64,000 bases of DNA, taken from Cyanidioschyzon merolae (lineage: Eukaryota). Shown one piece after another: positions 21,440-34,517 of this stretch. Every line of letters begins with the position of its first letter. Positions within the stretch are counted from its first letter, which is position 1. The stretch is taken from the NCBI GenBank assembly GCA_000091205.1, contig AP006487.2; one strand, given 5' to 3'. The notes under the pieces were generated by a model that searched no databases, was not told the DNA's origin, and was given only the letters and a program-made list of their open reading frames with translations. A program made the position numbers and the translations under genes.

Positions 21440-23113
21440 ATGAAGGCTACATGCGCTCGGAAAGCGCGAGCTTCCAGGGCGGAGCGAAACCCGGGCGCGG
21501 TGCCCAGCGCGGGGATGGCACGAAACTGCTCGGGAAAGAAGGGAAGTCTGCAATACTGCCTGTCTAGGCTGGCCATGGTGTTGTTGATTGCAACTATTGT
21601 CTTCGCACTGCTGTCACTGCGCCGCCGTACTGATTCGCGTCAAAAAGCGCTCGTGCCAGAAGAAGAGTTTCTAGACTTGCGGCATAAGATTGATCAGATC
21701 ATGAATAAGCGCTTCGACAAGAGTGCAGCGATCAATAGGCTTGGAAGAATATTGAGCTTCAAGACAGTATCAAGTAGAGAGAATCCCGATCACCTGGAGA
21801 ACCGTTCCAGTGTCGATAGTCTGCTTCAGTTTCTTCGTTCAGAGGATGGCTTCCCGCTGGGCTCGCGGAGGCTAAAATGGGAGCTTTTCAGCAGTAACCT
21901 CTCACTATTGCTCACTTGGGAGGGAAGTAATCAGAAATTGGATCCAATTTTACTCATATCGCACTTGGACGTCGTACCCGTCGCCACAAAAGAAAGATCC
22001 TCATGGGATTACGATCCGTTTGGCGGAATTTACGACAACGCTTCCGGATATCTTTATGGAAGAGGGGCTCTCGACACGAAATCGACTGCCGCTGGCCCGT
22101 TAGAAGCCATTGAATTGCTTTTGCGTGTTTTCGGGACAAATTATCGACCAATGCGCACGATCATTCTGGCGTTTGGGCACGACGAGGAAGTCGGGGGCAG
22201 CCTCGGCGCCGCAAAACTTGCGCAAACCCTGAAGGCGCGAAACATCAACCCCAAATTCTGCTTGGACGAAGGCGGCTCCGTGACGCGGGGTATCCTGCCA
22301 GGGCTGAAACAGCCAGTTGCACTCATCGGAGTGTCGGAAAAAGGATGGTGCGCCCTGAACATTACAGTATCGAGCCATGGAGGCCATTCCTCCGTTCCAT
22401 CCAAGTACGGGACGGTTGTGGATCACGCTTCGCGACTCATTTTGGCTATAAGAAAGGCTAAGCTTCCGCAAAACATTGACCCTCCGGTCTCCGATCTACT
22501 AGAATACCTAGCTCCACACCTTCCACAGCCAGTGCGTTTCCTGCTCTCGAACAAGAAAATATTTTCGGGTTTATTGCAACTTCTTGCTCGACAAAGGGAT
22601 GAACTCGCAGCCCAGATAGGGCCAACTTTTGCGACTACAATGATCCATGGTGGCGTCGCACTGAATGTGATTCCCGATTCTGTAGCTTTCATCCAGAGCT
22701 GGAGGACGAATAAGAACCTTATGAACGCGACCCATTTTGTGGAAAGAGTGATTCAGCAGACACCAAGCCTGCTGAATAAACTTTTTCGGATCGACGTGCG
22801 AGATATGGGCGAGGGATGCACGCCGCCATCGCCCATTTCTAAGCTTGATGCTTATTTTCGCAAAGTTCAGCGTTATATCAGCGTGGCATACGGCACAGAA
22901 ACGTTGAGTGCGCCATTCGAATGGCTTGGGGGCACGGACTCGAAGTGGTATATACATTACGGCGTCGGGGAACGGCACTATCGCTTCGGACCAATATTTC
23001 TCGATGGCAATGCGGACTTTCAACGCATCCATTCAACAAATGAGCGCCTTCATATCGATACGTATGAGAAGATGGTGCGTTTCTATCTGGCACTGATGGT
23101 GGATAGCGAATAG
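21440..23113 (+). CDS. M20-family metallopeptidase (carboxypeptidase S / PM20D-like), N-terminally membrane-anchored
   Basis: 557-aa ORF. M20 metal-binding and catalytic motifs are present: ISHLDVVPV (HxD), GRGALDTKS (D), GHDEEVGG (EE) and MIHGG. The N-terminal hydrophobic stretch MVLLIATIVFALLSL suggests a signal-anchor. Confidence 0.8.
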   Translation: MKATCARKARASRAERNPGAVPSAGMARNCSGKKGSLQYCLSRLAMVLLIATIVFALLSLRRRTDSRQKALVPEEEFLDLRHKIDQIMNKRFDKSAAINRLGRILSFKTVSSRENPDHLENRSSVDSLLQFLRSEDGFPLGSRRLKWELFSSNLSLLLTWEGSNQKLDPILLISHLDVVPVATKERSSWDYDPFGGIYDNASGYLYGRGALDTKSTAAGPLEAIELLLRVFGTNYRPMRTIILAFGHDEEVGGSLGAAKLAQTLKARNINPKFCLDEGGSVTRGILPGLKQPVALIGVSEKGWCALNITVSSHGGHSSVPSKYGTVVDHASRLILAIRKAKLPQNIDPPVSDLLEYLAPHLPQPVRFLLSNKKIFSGLLQLLARQRDELAAQIGPTFATTMIHGGVALNVIPDSVAFIQSWRTNKNLMNATHFVERVIQQTPSLLNKLFRIDVRDMGEGCTPPSPISKLDAYFRKVQRYISVAYGTETLSAPFEWLGGTDSKWYIHYGVGERHYRFGPIFLDGNADFQRIHSTNERLHIDTYEKMVRFYLALMVDSE

Positions 23114-25191
23114 AAAGGCCTGACGAAGCTACAGCCTGCTGCTTCTCGAATCTCAAGACGTTTGCTTCTGCGGAGTTTGGCTATTTTTACAAGGTAAGCT
23201 TCATCTTCTGGTTGTGACCAGTGCAATTGATGAGATCCTTGCTGTGGATGCTAAGTGCTGAATGTGCATGCCCGGTGATACCGGTTGAGAAGCTCTGCCT
23301 GAAGTTCGGTGAAATGCGGATATGCTTACGGGATCTCGCCACGTTGGAGTAGCGGATGATGAACTTTGTGTGCTGGATAAAGAGCTTCTAAATATGAATT
23401 GTTACATGCTTTGATTTTCGGAGCTCTTTAAATTCGTCCCCCAACGCTTCTTCGTTGTTTGCGACCGCTCCGTACCTTTAAGCAACCTTGATGAAGCGCT
23501 CCGGAGCCTGGGAACGATTCTGCGCTTTTACTCGCCTCGCAAACCGCTGCGACCGATCAGTACACCCGCGTAGATCAAAATGGAGCGTTGAAATGATCAC
23601 TGTGCTCTTGTCCATCAATTCCTCTTCCGAACTTATTTTCAGATGTACAGCTTCGAAATTCGATGTGTCGCATTATGGGCTTATGGATTCATGCGATGAT
23701 TTAAGGTTCTCGGTCAGTATTGCTGAGAGTCGCACTCGACGCTTTTCATATTGAATTCGTTACGTCACCGTCATCATGAACCAGCAGCGCGTACGTCGCT
23801 TAAGTGCAGAAACTGCGCAAGGAAAAATGGGCGGTACAAGCTACCGTCCCAAGAACAGGACGCAGCCGATTCTCAAATTGTCAGAGGCCTGGGCAGAACA
23901 AGTTTCCGACTCCAACTACGTCACTACGGCTACCAGGTTCATGCACGGTCTGCCGAGGGCGCTCACGCATATAATCGTCACCGACATTCCAGCTTAGATC
24001 CAGCATATTGCCAGCGAGTGCTCTGCGTCGCTTCCCGCTAAAGCTCAGCGGTTTGAAGCGGTGACAATATCCACAGCCCCAAAGCTTTTGTGTCTGCGTA
24101 CGGACGTATGACTGGGTGTCACTGTAGTGGCCACATTACCTTCAGTCTTGCTGACTCTCATGTCAGCGTGCGAACTCGGTGATCGCGTTTTACACGTAGG
24201 GCGCACTGCACTGTTCCTTTCGACACTCAAAATGTCGTAGCCGGTGTTCATCTGCCGACCACAGACGTGGGTGTTGTTTTCGATCAGGAGTTTATAGAGG
24301 GAAGCGACCTGCTGGGAAGATATCTAGATTGTACGGGTAAGACACTTGATGCAGCGACTACGCGCCTGAACCTCTCGTGCATAAGAAGCGAATATCGCTC
24401 AAGTCGACCTGCAAAGAGCGCACATAAAGTGCTCTCAGCCAGTCAGCTTGACGCCCCATTGCAAATAATGACGCGAGCGCCACACTGGTGGCGCAGACAT
24501 TCAATGAAGAGTCACGAATGCGTCAAAGTTCTTGTCCGAGCTTTGGAGTGCGCTGCCGAATTGTTACCTGGGACGTCGCGTGCTGCGGTGATCAGCACCA
24601 ACGACAGCCACTGAAAATGTCGATGAGTAGCACGAAGGATACAACGAGCCGTCATGCTGGTCGGTTCGAGGTCGTCGGCAGCAGCGAGCACCACGAACTG
24701 CGAATGCCGCCCCAGGGCGACGGTCGGCGAGCCACTGACGCTGGACGCTTCCGAGCTCAACCGCAAGGACCTCCTGGCAGGCAGGACGCGCATCGCGCAG
24801 CACCTTTGGGGCATACGCACTGGCTAGGTTTTCCTGAGAGCAACACAACGCATTCGACAGCGACGCCAATTAGCCACCAACTGCATGTTCGCGTTCTCAG
24901 TTAGACCGCTCCGTCGCCACATTGTACGGAAGTAGTCCCGGAGATGTCCTTGTGTCTGCCGCAGCTCTTGCGGGACGAAGCACAGGTCATGCCACCGCCG
25001 CCCCCCACGTATAGACATGACTGATATCGTGTCAACTCCTGCGTCTTCCGGTTGTCGTTACTACGTGCTGGCCGAGAATGTCGCAACTCTCCAAATGACA
25101 AGAGGTCCGGTATGAACTTCACCAAGATTTTGCGCATCTTCTTATCCGCGGACAAACTTAATCGCCACTCATGGTCGGTTGTCGTCCACGA

Positions 25192-25647
25192 TCAGCTCAC
25201 CAACTGAGCTGCCGTTGCGCTCTCATACTTCCATGTCGGTGGCAGAGCCCCCGTTCGGCGATAATACCGCGCTAGACGATGAATCCTCGACTCCACCAAA
25301 ATCAACCGAAACTTGGCGTCCTTGTCCTGGCGGTTGCGCTCGAGATGCTTCCGAATATTCACGGCCTTCTTCACGAGAAAGTACATATCCTCGGGGATTT
25401 CAGGCGCAAGGCCGTGTGCACGTAGGACACGTACAATCGTGTTCCCCGTAATAGGTTTACTCAGCGGTACGCCGTGCTGGTCACGCAATTGCACACCAAT
25501 CTGGGAGGGCGTCATACCCTTTCGTGCAAGTCGCACGATCAAGTCCACGCATTCCTTCCGCGAGGTTTTGCACCAGGACGGTGCCGCTCGTCGATACGGG
25601 ATCGCAGAGCTTGAGATTCCTTTACCCTTTGAGTGCAAGCGACCCAT
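25192..25647 (-). CDS. RPS13: 40S ribosomal protein S13 (uS15)
   Basis: [20 protein letters not shown] ... [40 protein letters not shown] aligns along its whole length with eukaryotic RPS13. The tracked ORF begins 5 codons upstream (MLSLV), so the start is taken at the MGR Met. The gene is uninterrupted. Confidence 0.9.
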   Translation of the reverse strand: MGRLHSKGKGISSSAIPYRRAAPSWCKTSRKECVDLIVRLARKGMTPSQIGVQLRDQHGVPLSKPITGNTIVRVLRAHGLAPEIPEDMYFLVKKAVNIRKHLERNRQDKDAKFRLILVESRIHRLARYYRRTGALPPTWKYESATAAQLVS

Positions 25648-28131
25648 GACTAGGGAGAGCACGGACCGTGAAGTTTCCCGGGAACCTCTAACGCAGCCAG
25701 CGCTGAAACAACGTTCGACGTCGACCTATACGTCACAAGCAACGTTCATGTGTTCTATTGCGCACCGCGGCGGAGGCGACGACTACGCCCGCTCCCATTG
25801 TACCAAAGTGTCCCTTAGATCTAATATAGTACATAAATATTAAGGCTCAGATTCGGATGCATGCGTCGATCGCTGCGGAGCGATCAAACCGGTCGATATT
25901 TCTTATCGATCGGACAAGTTTACATTGGCAGGGGATCCCGCCTGCTGCATTGAGGTCGGCAACTAAGATAGCGTCCATTTTTCCACGCCGTGCCTACAAG
26001 TTGCCTCAGCCAATGTACATATATCACCTGTGTGATACTGGTCATTTGCGCGCATCACCGTGCGACATGCCAGCCGTAAATGCCCCTCAAACCGCCTGTT
26101 GCGCGGGCAGAGATACCGCACGGCTACAGTACGGATTTGCTCTACGTTTGAGGGCGCCATCATGAGGCGCGGTTCATCTGACGCGGGCACAGGTTTGCTG
26201 TGGTGCCGGGATCCATGAGGCCGCTCGGGAAGGCCTACAGAAGGCGTTAGCGTGAATCGACACACTGGTTGACCACGGCTTCCATAGCGGCACCGAGACA
26301 TAGGCCGCACACTTCGACTTCCGGATAAAGTATGTTGCGGAACAGCCGGTCAGGCCTCGCCAAAGCACCTACCACTGGGCCAGAGGAGGCGCACGGTTTA
26401 CGAGCTCCCTGTGGACTCGTCCTGTTCTTGGGAACTTCCGTTGACAACATAAAGTTGCGATCATACGGAAAACGTTCTCATCTTTGAACTCTTGACGTGG
26501 ACGAGGAAGCCGTTATCATGTTGCTCGTTAGAGATCATTTAAAGTTCTTTGGGAAATTTTCAACTAGTTAATGGTATGTTTGCGCACCGATGACGATGCA
26601 TACTGCCACGCCATCGGGCTCGAGACAATGCAATGTGAATCCTGGCTGCGTTGGGACCCTCCCGTTCCTGCCGTTTTCCCTCTCGCACCTTTCTTTTGAC
26701 TCCTTTGCATACCGTTCATGCAGCTTTTTACGAGTGCTTTCGAATCTTCAGGCGGAAATTGCGTAGTTCGCTAAATGAGCTCCAATTCAGCGATCAAGAC
26801 CACTTCTTCGAGGCTCATGTCCTGTAGGCGCTTCTGTCCCGCCTTCGTACTGGTGCACCCTCCAAAACAGAAAAAAGCACGAACGGAAGCGCCGGTACAT
26901 GAGAGCGAGATACGCGATCGCAGAAGACGAAAGATTCTTCCCTCTAGAGAATCTCTGGAGCCGCGCTCTGTATGCAAGGCTACCGTCGCTTTCGTGGGCG
27001 AGTTACTCGCTGATGGTAGGTCCACCTTTTCCTCGGCGTCTTCATCTTTGAGGAATATTCAGTGAATGTTCATCCCGCTTTGTCTCCTCCGAGCCCACAA
27101 GCTTCAAAAAGCGCGCAGTATGAAGCGCTCCTTCATGCCGCGCATGCTGGTATCCTAGTCGTCGCTGTTTCATCATCACGTCATCGAATCCAAAACGCGC
27201 TGGTGGGGCTAAACGCTGACATGGTTCATGGCCGCCGCGGGTAGTTTTCCGCCCACGTACTTCTTTATACTATCCAGACCACTTTTACCCACCATGCGAG
27301 TGATGCCCTCGTCTTCCGAGAATTCGTTCACTGGGGAACTGATGAGCGCACTGCCTCGATCAAAGCAAGGACCAGATGAGGATTGTTCGATTTGTATTCG
27401 AGAAGAGTGAGGATATGGTGGGCCGTCCCTGCCAACAACGCCTCTAACAATTTCCTCCCTTGTGTAAGGTCACCAACGCATTGGATTTACGGTGTCTTGA
27501 GCATAAGGTACGCGCATCGCTGAAGCTTTCTACAAAGAAGTGCGTATTTCCAGACGTGGACTACAATTTCTGGTAAGCGCATATGTGTTTCGAGGCATCT
27601 CCTAAGACAGTAGAGTAGAGTGGCGATAAGTGCAGATGCGTATCCAGAAGGGTTCCCGGGAAATGAGCTTTCTGGTGGAAGGCGCTACGTCCATTAGTGG
27701 CGAATTTCTTGGGTCGCAATACACACCTCTTTTCCAAACACTTCGAGATATCCTTTTTGCCCTTTCAGCGTTGTTTCGCTGTCATACATGGAGTGTTGTG
27801 GCTGTGCACCTCCTCTGAAAACAAAATATATGTATTTTTTATAATTTTCGTATTCTCTTTTCTTGATGCCCCTTTGAGAAGGCGCGATCAGCAAACTTCT
27901 ATAGACTCGGCAAAATAATCTCCAGCGAGCTGGGCGGCTGTAATCACTGCGGGAAGAGCAAGGAGCGCCAGTTCGTTTAGTAGAAGATCCGAGGCACAGA
28001 AACGTCCATTTGCTTCCCTGAAGATGTTCTTCAGCGCCTGAGGATATTCTTAATCCCGTTGATCCATGGAGAATAAATCGAAGTGTGTAAGATGAACAAT
28101 GCTCTCTTCTGGGGGTTTTCCGACCAGGAGA

Positions 28132-28913
28132 GGATTTATCTAACGCGTGGCTGTGTATGATGGAACAAGTTCCTACAGAAACATCTCGGCTGGAGAGCAG
28201 CTCGAGAAAATTCGGTCCGTCTTCGCTGCCCTCCTGCGTAGCGGCGACGCACTCTCCGTGGGAATCGATAGCTGCAATGCCTGAAGTCGGAGTCCAAGAT
28301 CATTATCCATGGATACAGAGACGACGCGAGCCTCTGCATCCATGTTCTGTTCGAGGGATCATGCTGCCATCGATTACCTCTTCGTCAATGGCCGCAAGGA
28401 GAGGAAATTTTGCCTCCCGAGAGAAAAAGAGATCATCTGAAGTGACGTTTTCAGTGAACTTCCGACATAGGATTGTGAAGAAGGCCTTTGGGGCTATTGT
28501 CGAGCATGATTCCTCTTCAATCCAGCGGCGCACGCTGCGGCGCCCGGGAGTCGCCTTGGAACAGAAAGATCGAAAACTTGAAGACCGCATGATTCGCGCA
28601 TGCCACAAGTGAGGAAAACAGAATCGTGGATGCTTGAAAGTACAAATCGGGTAACTGTATCGGAAGCTTTACGAGCCATTAGTCGAAGGTGCTACGAATC
28701 ACCTTGATTCCTGTGACATACCGAAATCCAGAGGCAGAGCGCCGATGGAGCGCCTCCGAGCCTACGACCAAGAATCCTACGAATACGTATGAATCCGTGC
28801 CCCCTCATTGCTGGCCGTCGAATGTCGGGGCTATTCACTTACCAAAATTTTGGGAAAACGATCAAAAGGCAGGTGCAGTGCGATTAGTATTGTGTTCCAC
28901 AGTGATATGAAAC
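28132..28913 (+). repeat. Repeat B1: a 782-bp segment about 99% identical to 44043-44824, related to family A
   Basis: Five ORFs of identical length occur in both copies, with 1 aa difference each. The internal segment ...SSLPSCVAATHSPWESIAAMPEVGVQDHYPWIQRRREPL is homologous, at about 50% aa in that frame, to family A (...SALPSSNGVTHSLSEAIAAMTRVRVQGHIPSWQKRRDLP). The 5' flank differs from the B2 copy. Confidence 0.7.
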
Positions 28914-29116
28914 AGGTGTGGTGGAATTACGAACCATTGTTCCTGGTTCCGATGCGCACAGCTGCTGAATCAATCCGTTCGATCTCTGAGGGCGTGTTGT
29001 GAAAGTCCGGACACCGCTTTGTTCTGTTGCGCTGGTCTGCCATTCATCGTACACTGCTGAGAAGCGGCGTACTTGCGCCCACAAGCTGATACAGCGGACT
29101 GACCAATGATTACCTC

Positions 29117-31879
29117 ATGAAAGGTTACGCGCCTTCGAGCTACCGATTTCTTCATTACATCGTAGGTCGTGTCGGAGGATCGACTGGGAGGCGATTCTGT
29201 AACTGGGAATGGAAAGCGTTGTTGACGCCTGGTTCCGCGGTTCAGACCCCAGTGCTGGGCCGGAAATCTTTGCCTTCCTGCGTGGCGTTGCTCAGTACTT
29301 ACCGTGGACTGATCAGAAGTGTAGCATGCAGCGAGCACTTGCAACAAAATGCTGGAATTCTGTCTGGAATGCTCGGGTATCGGGGCTTCGGTCGCTTTGA
29401 GCGAGGGGCTACTCCGAGTCGCAACGCACCAGAGGAAGATATTCATCCCGGCAAGCAGTCCACAAAGAGCTCGTCCTCTAGTTCAGGAAGCACCTCAGAT
29501 TCAAAATCCCAAACTAATGCTCAAGGTGAAAACTGGAAGGGTAGAAAGCCAGAGTCAAACGGCGGCGAGCCACAGCAACCTTTCGATATCGGTTGGCTGT
29601 TCCAGTTGCTGCTGGCGGGTGGAATCTTTTACGCACTCAACTCGGGCGAGGGAAACGATTCGTCAGGCAGCGGCACAGGTATGCGACGTGAGATTAACTT
29701 TCAGCAGTTTGTGCGAGATTTGTTAGAGCCTGGTCTTGTCGATCACTTGGAAATCGTGAATCGCCAGACAGCATACGTTTACGTGAAACAAACTTATCAA
29801 GGCGAACCGTCGAAGCGTAGTGCCGGAAGTCGACAAACAGCTGAAGATGTTGTGCTTGATACCGGGGTGGATCAACCCCAGCGAGACGCCCTATGGGAGA
29901 CAAGCGCGCAACCACAGCTCACTGGCGAGGATTACTCTGGCTCAGAATCACCACCAGCTGCCATCCGCCGGCCACGAGGAGATGGAGTTAGCGACTCCAA
30001 GAGACTCAACAGGCCAACTGTCATGTATTACTTCACGTTAGGTTCTGTGGAATCGTTTGAAAGAAAGTTGGAACAGGCGGAGAAATCCCTAGGAATCGAT
30101 CCAATACCAGTCGTGTATCGGTCCGAAAATGCGGGCATGTTCGGAGAGCTACTGAGATTACTACCAACGCTGATCATTCTGGGACTTGGATATGCGCTGT
30201 TTCGCAACTCTTTCTCAGCGTTATCGGGACCCGGAGGTGCTGCAAGAAACATCTTCCAAGTAGGGAAAGCGAATCCCACGGTGATCAAAAAAGGTGCCAA
30301 AGGCAGCGAGCGTGTAACCTTTGCAGAAGTTGCTGGCCTTGATGAGGCTAAGATGGAGGTCATGGAGCTTGTCGATTTTCTGCGGGATCCCAAGAAGTAC
30401 AAGGATCTGGGAGCAAAGATTCCGAAAGGTGCGCTTCTGGTGGGCCCACCTGGAACAGGTAAGACGCTTTTAGCAAAGGCGGTTGCCGGTGAGGCAGATG
30501 TACCGTTCTTCTCTATGTCCGGTTCAGATTTCATTGAGATGTTTGTCGGCATAGGGCCGTCGCGTGTGCGTGATTTGTTTGCGCAGGCTCGACAGAACGC
30601 ACCCTGCATCGTCTTTATAGACGAGATAGACGCAGTGGGAAGAGCGCGCGGTCGCGGTGGTTTCGGTGGTGGCAATGATGAACGGGAGAACACGTTAAAT
30701 GCGCTTCTAGTCGAGATGGACGGCTTTTCTTCGCAGGAGGGCATCGTCGTTCTCGCGGGGACAAATCGGGTCGATATCCTCGACAAAGCACTGCTGCGCC
30801 CGGGGCGCTTCGATCGTCGTATCAATATAGACAAACCCGACATCAAAGGTCGCTTCGAAATTTACAAGGTACACCTGCGGAAGATCCGCATCGCATCCAG
30901 TGCTGGCGGTGTCGAAAACGTTGCTAAGAGACTCGCAGCCTTGACACCTGGCTTCTCCGGTGCAGATATTGCGAATTCGTGCAATGAGGCTGCATTAATC
31001 GCCGCTAGAGCGAACAAAGACAGTGTGGAACTTGCTGACTTTGAGTCCGCTATCGACCGAGTCATTGGCGGTCTCGAGAAGAAAAATTTAGTAGTTCTTC
31101 CTGAGGAGCGAGAGATAGTTGCTCACCACGAGGCGGGACACGCAGTCGCATCTTGGTTCACGAAGCACGCTGATCCATTGTTGAAGGTGTCGATTGTGCC
31201 CAGAGGATCCGCAGCGCTGGGTTTTGCGCAATATCTTCCAAGGGATCGGTTTCTGCAAACCCGTGAAGAGCTTGAAGATTTTCTGGTTGTCGCCCTCGGC
31301 GGGAGAGCGGCGGAAAAATTGGTCTTTGGCCGAATTACGACTGGCGCTCAAGATGATCTTGAAAGGGTCACGCGGCTGGTCTACGCTGCCATTACTCGCT
31401 TCGGTATGTCCAAAAGAGTGGGCACGATATCGTTCAACACAGAGATGGATAGCGATGCACAGTTTCAGAAACCCTTCTCTGAAGAAACGGCAGAAATCAT
31501 CGATACAGAAGCCCGAACGATGGTGGACAAGGCCTATTCGCGCTGTGAAGAACTTCTTCAAGCACATTTGAATGAGTTGAAGGCGTTGGCAAGGCTGCTT
31601 CTTGAGAAAGAAGTTGTCCGTGAGGATGATCTGATCCAAATCTTGGGGTCAAAGCCGTTTAGAAAGGCAGTGGATTACGATTCTATCGTTTCTGCGTTTG
31701 AGAAAGCTCGAGCACAGCGAGCTCCGACAGGAACAGATCATAACAGGAGTCCGTCGGTCAGTAATGACAGCAGAGACGGATCTGGCCCTACCTCCCATGG
31801 TTCAACGAACCCTGACAGGGAAGATCACCCAGACAATTCTGATGGGATTCCGCCCGGACTTATGCCAGAGCTTGCATGA
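29117..31879 (+). CDS. ATP-dependent zinc metalloprotease FtsH (m-AAA protease, AFG3/YTA12-like)
   Basis: 920-aa ORF. AAA Walker [21 protein letters not shown], pore motif MFVG, Walker [11 protein letters not shown], second region of homology, and the zinc-protease HEAGHAV motif are present. An N-terminal TM/acidic linker region is typical of mitochondrial FtsH. The start may lie at an internal Met. Confidence 0.9.
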   Translation: MKGYAPSSYRFLHYIVGRVGGSTGRRFCNWEWKALLTPGSAVQTPVLGRKSLPSCVALLSTYRGLIRSVACSEHLQQNAGILSGMLGYRGFGRFERGATPSRNAPEEDIHPGKQSTKSSSSSSGSTSDSKSQTNAQGENWKGRKPESNGGEPQQPFDIGWLFQLLLAGGIFYALNSGEGNDSSGSGTGMRREINFQQFVRDLLEPGLVDHLEIVNRQTAYVYVKQTYQGEPSKRSAGSRQTAEDVVLDTGVDQPQRDALWETSAQPQLTGEDYSGSESPPAAIRRPRGDGVSDSKRLNRPTVMYYFTLGSVESFERKLEQAEKSLGIDPIPVVYRSENAGMFGELLRLLPTLIILGLGYALFRNSFSALSGPGGAARNIFQVGKANPTVIKKGAKGSERVTFAEVAGLDEAKMEVMELVDFLRDPKKYKDLGAKIPKGALLVGPPGTGKTLLAKAVAGEADVPFFSMSGSDFIEMFVGIGPSRVRDLFAQARQNAPCIVFIDEIDAVGRARGRGGFGGGNDERENTLNALLVEMDGFSSQEGIVVLAGTNRVDILDKALLRPGRFDRRINIDKPDIKGRFEIYKVHLRKIRIASSAGGVENVAKRLAALTPGFSGADIANSCNEAALIAARANKDSVELADFESAIDRVIGGLEKKNLVVLPEEREIVAHHEAGHAVASWFTKHADPLLKVSIVPRGSAALGFAQYLPRDRFLQTREELEDFLVVALGGRAAEKLVFGRITTGAQDDLERVTRLVYAAITRFGMSKRVGTISFNTEMDSDAQFQKPFSEETAEIIDTEARTMVDKAYSRCEELLQAHLNELKALARLLLEKEVVREDDLIQILGSKPFRKAVDYDSIVSAFEKARAQRAPTGTDHNRSPSVSNDSRDGSGPTSHGSTNPDREDHPDNSDGIPPGLMPELA

Positions 31880-32147
31880 GAGTCACAAATCTTGTGCGAG
31901 ATTGCCTTGCCGAGACCAATAAAATGACTCTGATAAGACTGTCGACTGAACGCCAGAGCGTCAGATCCTGGTGAAATCCTGGTTATGAACAGGTCAATGC
32001 CGAATTGATGTGGCACTCAAAATAACAGAAGCAGGGGCATGCGCATGATGAATATGAGCCCACCGAGTCTGCAGCCCATACTGGTGATCGTGTAAGCTGG
32101 AACAATTGTATTCCACGCTCAATGGAGCGAGAAAGTTTCGCGACCGA

Positions 32148-33450
32148 TGGGTAATTATATATCTACCCGCAGACGCCTCCCAGTCTTTTTTGACTGGCCC
32201 CCTGTTATCGGTTTCAGCTTCTTCTTGTACACCTCGAGCGTCAAAGGCTGCCCCACGAAGCAGGATTGCGTCAGCTCCTCGTGTCTCGTCTTCAACAACA
32301 CACACCATCTGATATTGACGACGGCGTCGAAATCTTGCTTCACAAACTCCTTGCGTTTGTTGCCTCTGATTGGACTCATCAATGCAAGGATTGCTAGAAC
32401 TCGTGCCTCTGTGCCACTACAGTCACGTCATTGTCCCCTAGACTAGACACCCTCTCTCGCCCATATCCCTTCTTCTTCGTCAATCGCTCTTCTCCGCTCT
32501 ATGGTCGGCGAGAAGAGGATATTTTCGTTGTTTCTCCGACAGCTGGCCACGACGGTCCTCCGGGATCGTCGAATTCCATTTCCATACCTTTGCCATGGAT
32601 ATTTTATTTCTTCAAAATGATCGCACTTCTTCATGCCCTCAAGTGAAAACCATTTCTCAGGGAAGAGCACTTGCTCAAGGAAGGCATAATGTGCCCCGGT
32701 ACAACCGTGTGCTGCAAGCTTCAGCGATTCCCCGAGTGGAGCGATCTCCACGTTTCACGATAGGAAACACATTCCTACGATGGGCTTGAACCACGGAGCG
32801 TATGGAGGAATGAAAAGCAGGTCTGCCCCTATAGCATCCGCAAAAGCCCAAACGCAAGGAGAATGGAAAAATACCACAATTTCCAGTAAAAAAGATATCG
32901 CCAGACGTTGGGAAAAGCCTTCAATGGCTCATTGAATTGGGTGCTGTTGTATGAGTCTTCTATAGGTGCGAAACTGATACCGCCAAACGAATCCACTGCA
33001 GCTGGAACAGATGATGTCGTCGTTCTCTTCGAGTTCGATCATATGTACATCGGGCGCCGTGCACTGCGAATACTCACACACGCTTCGATAGTTTCGCCCA
33101 AAGAAAGTCTCATCGACTACAACAAACGAACCGACGTGCGTGGACGTCATAATGATCGCTTATTTCCTGCAAAGCTTTCATTGTGATTTCGGTGGAAAAT
33201 CGCCGCACTTGAACTAGGACCTTTTTTCAATTGTATTCCAATGTTCACAGGAGCTCACGAGCTAGCTGTCGAGAAAGAGAGATGCCCATTCTGGCTACTA
33301 TCATAGCTTTTGCGTTCCGTAAGCTGATAAACGTACCGTTTTTGTACTATAGACCGAGATCAGTTTTTAGAAATATCTGCTATTGGCGCGGAGCGCATCT
33401 ACTTGTTTCTTTCAGTGTTCCTCAACTATCTGCGTACTGCGGTATACCTG
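32148..33450 (-). mobile_element. Family F copy F2: Tc1-like relic with a TnpB/Fanzor-like 3' fragment
   Basis: Minus strand: MTSTHVGSFVVVDETFFGRNYRSV (first D block) ... QDFDAVVNIRWC ... GQPLTLEVYKKKLKPITGGQSKKTGRRLRVDI, then ...TAATTACCC at 32148. The 5' region at 33380-33430 is homologous to F6 at 40290-40330. Confidence 0.55.
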
Positions 33451-33599
33451 ACCAGTAAGACGAGTACAGCCCGCCTTGCACCGTTCAGTACAGTATGTAT
33501 ACCCTACACGCAATTCGTTTACGAAATTTACGGCCTACTGGATACTGATTTCTGTTTCTTTCTCTTTTCTGTCAAATAGCATTCTGTTACACTCAGCTC

Positions 33600-34400
33600 G
33601 GGTGGAACAAAATTAAGCTAATACCTATGAAGAAACATACTCCGCGGACTCAACTCTTTTCTGTGTTGTTTACGTGGAAAAGTCTATTGGATGCAGACTT
33701 GAGTCATCCGGGGGATATCGTTAAGTGGTGAGCGGGTCAGCGTTTTGCACGAGGGGAGCGTTGACGGATCGCGATTTCTCGTATTGATATCTTACCTGGG
33801 GGTTCCGTACAGTACTTTATCGCATTCCACAAATATTCTATCGAATGCAACAACGAGCACTTGCACTTGTGGCGAACAGAGTGCTCTCCGAAGCGGTCGA
33901 TGAAAAGAAACATGGTCTTAAGATACGTCGCCAGGCGCGAATACGGAGGAATGCACAAGTGGGACCTTCCTGTACATGTTGAGAGTATGTTTTGAGCAAT
34001 GAAGTTCACGTTCACGAATTGAGGTATGAGACGCAGAGGAGTTAGTGTGGGGTTTGTAAGGCACTATAGCATCACGGCTACGTGTCACAGCAATGAAAAG
34101 TGCATCTCTGGTATATGCGCAGAAGATGAATAACGCGAAGCACTCGTTGGTCGCATGGCCTGCATGAGCATGAATTCCCTGGCGAATAGTCGGAAGCAGC
34201 GAAATCGGGAGTTTAACGCTGCCATCAACGTTCTCAGACAGCTGACAAGAGAGCTGGAGGTACAATAGAGACCGGCGTATTCGAAACAAGAAATATGAGA
34301 GAAGAAAAGGAAGCGGTCGCACGAAGTACCCGTCAGGCCACTGTGTATAACAGTGAGAAGGAAGCCAAAGCAAAGAGGTAACACCTACGGTAGGGAACCT
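33600..34400 (-). mobile_element. Second, more degenerate Tc1-like transposase remnant adjacent to F2
   Basis: The minus-strand ORF contains ...FIDRFGEHS...LLHSIEYLWNAIK, reminiscent of the Tc1 DNDPKH and NPIEnLW motifs. Heavy decay makes this a tentative call. Confidence 0.3.
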
Positions 34401-34517
34401 GTCCGATTTTTATCTGACATGATGTAAATTACGCCACAGTTCCAACAAATTTTTAGTATCTCTGCTCGACTTTAGGATACGGGTTTTCGAAAAGTTTTTA
34501 GAAAACCTTTACTTTTA

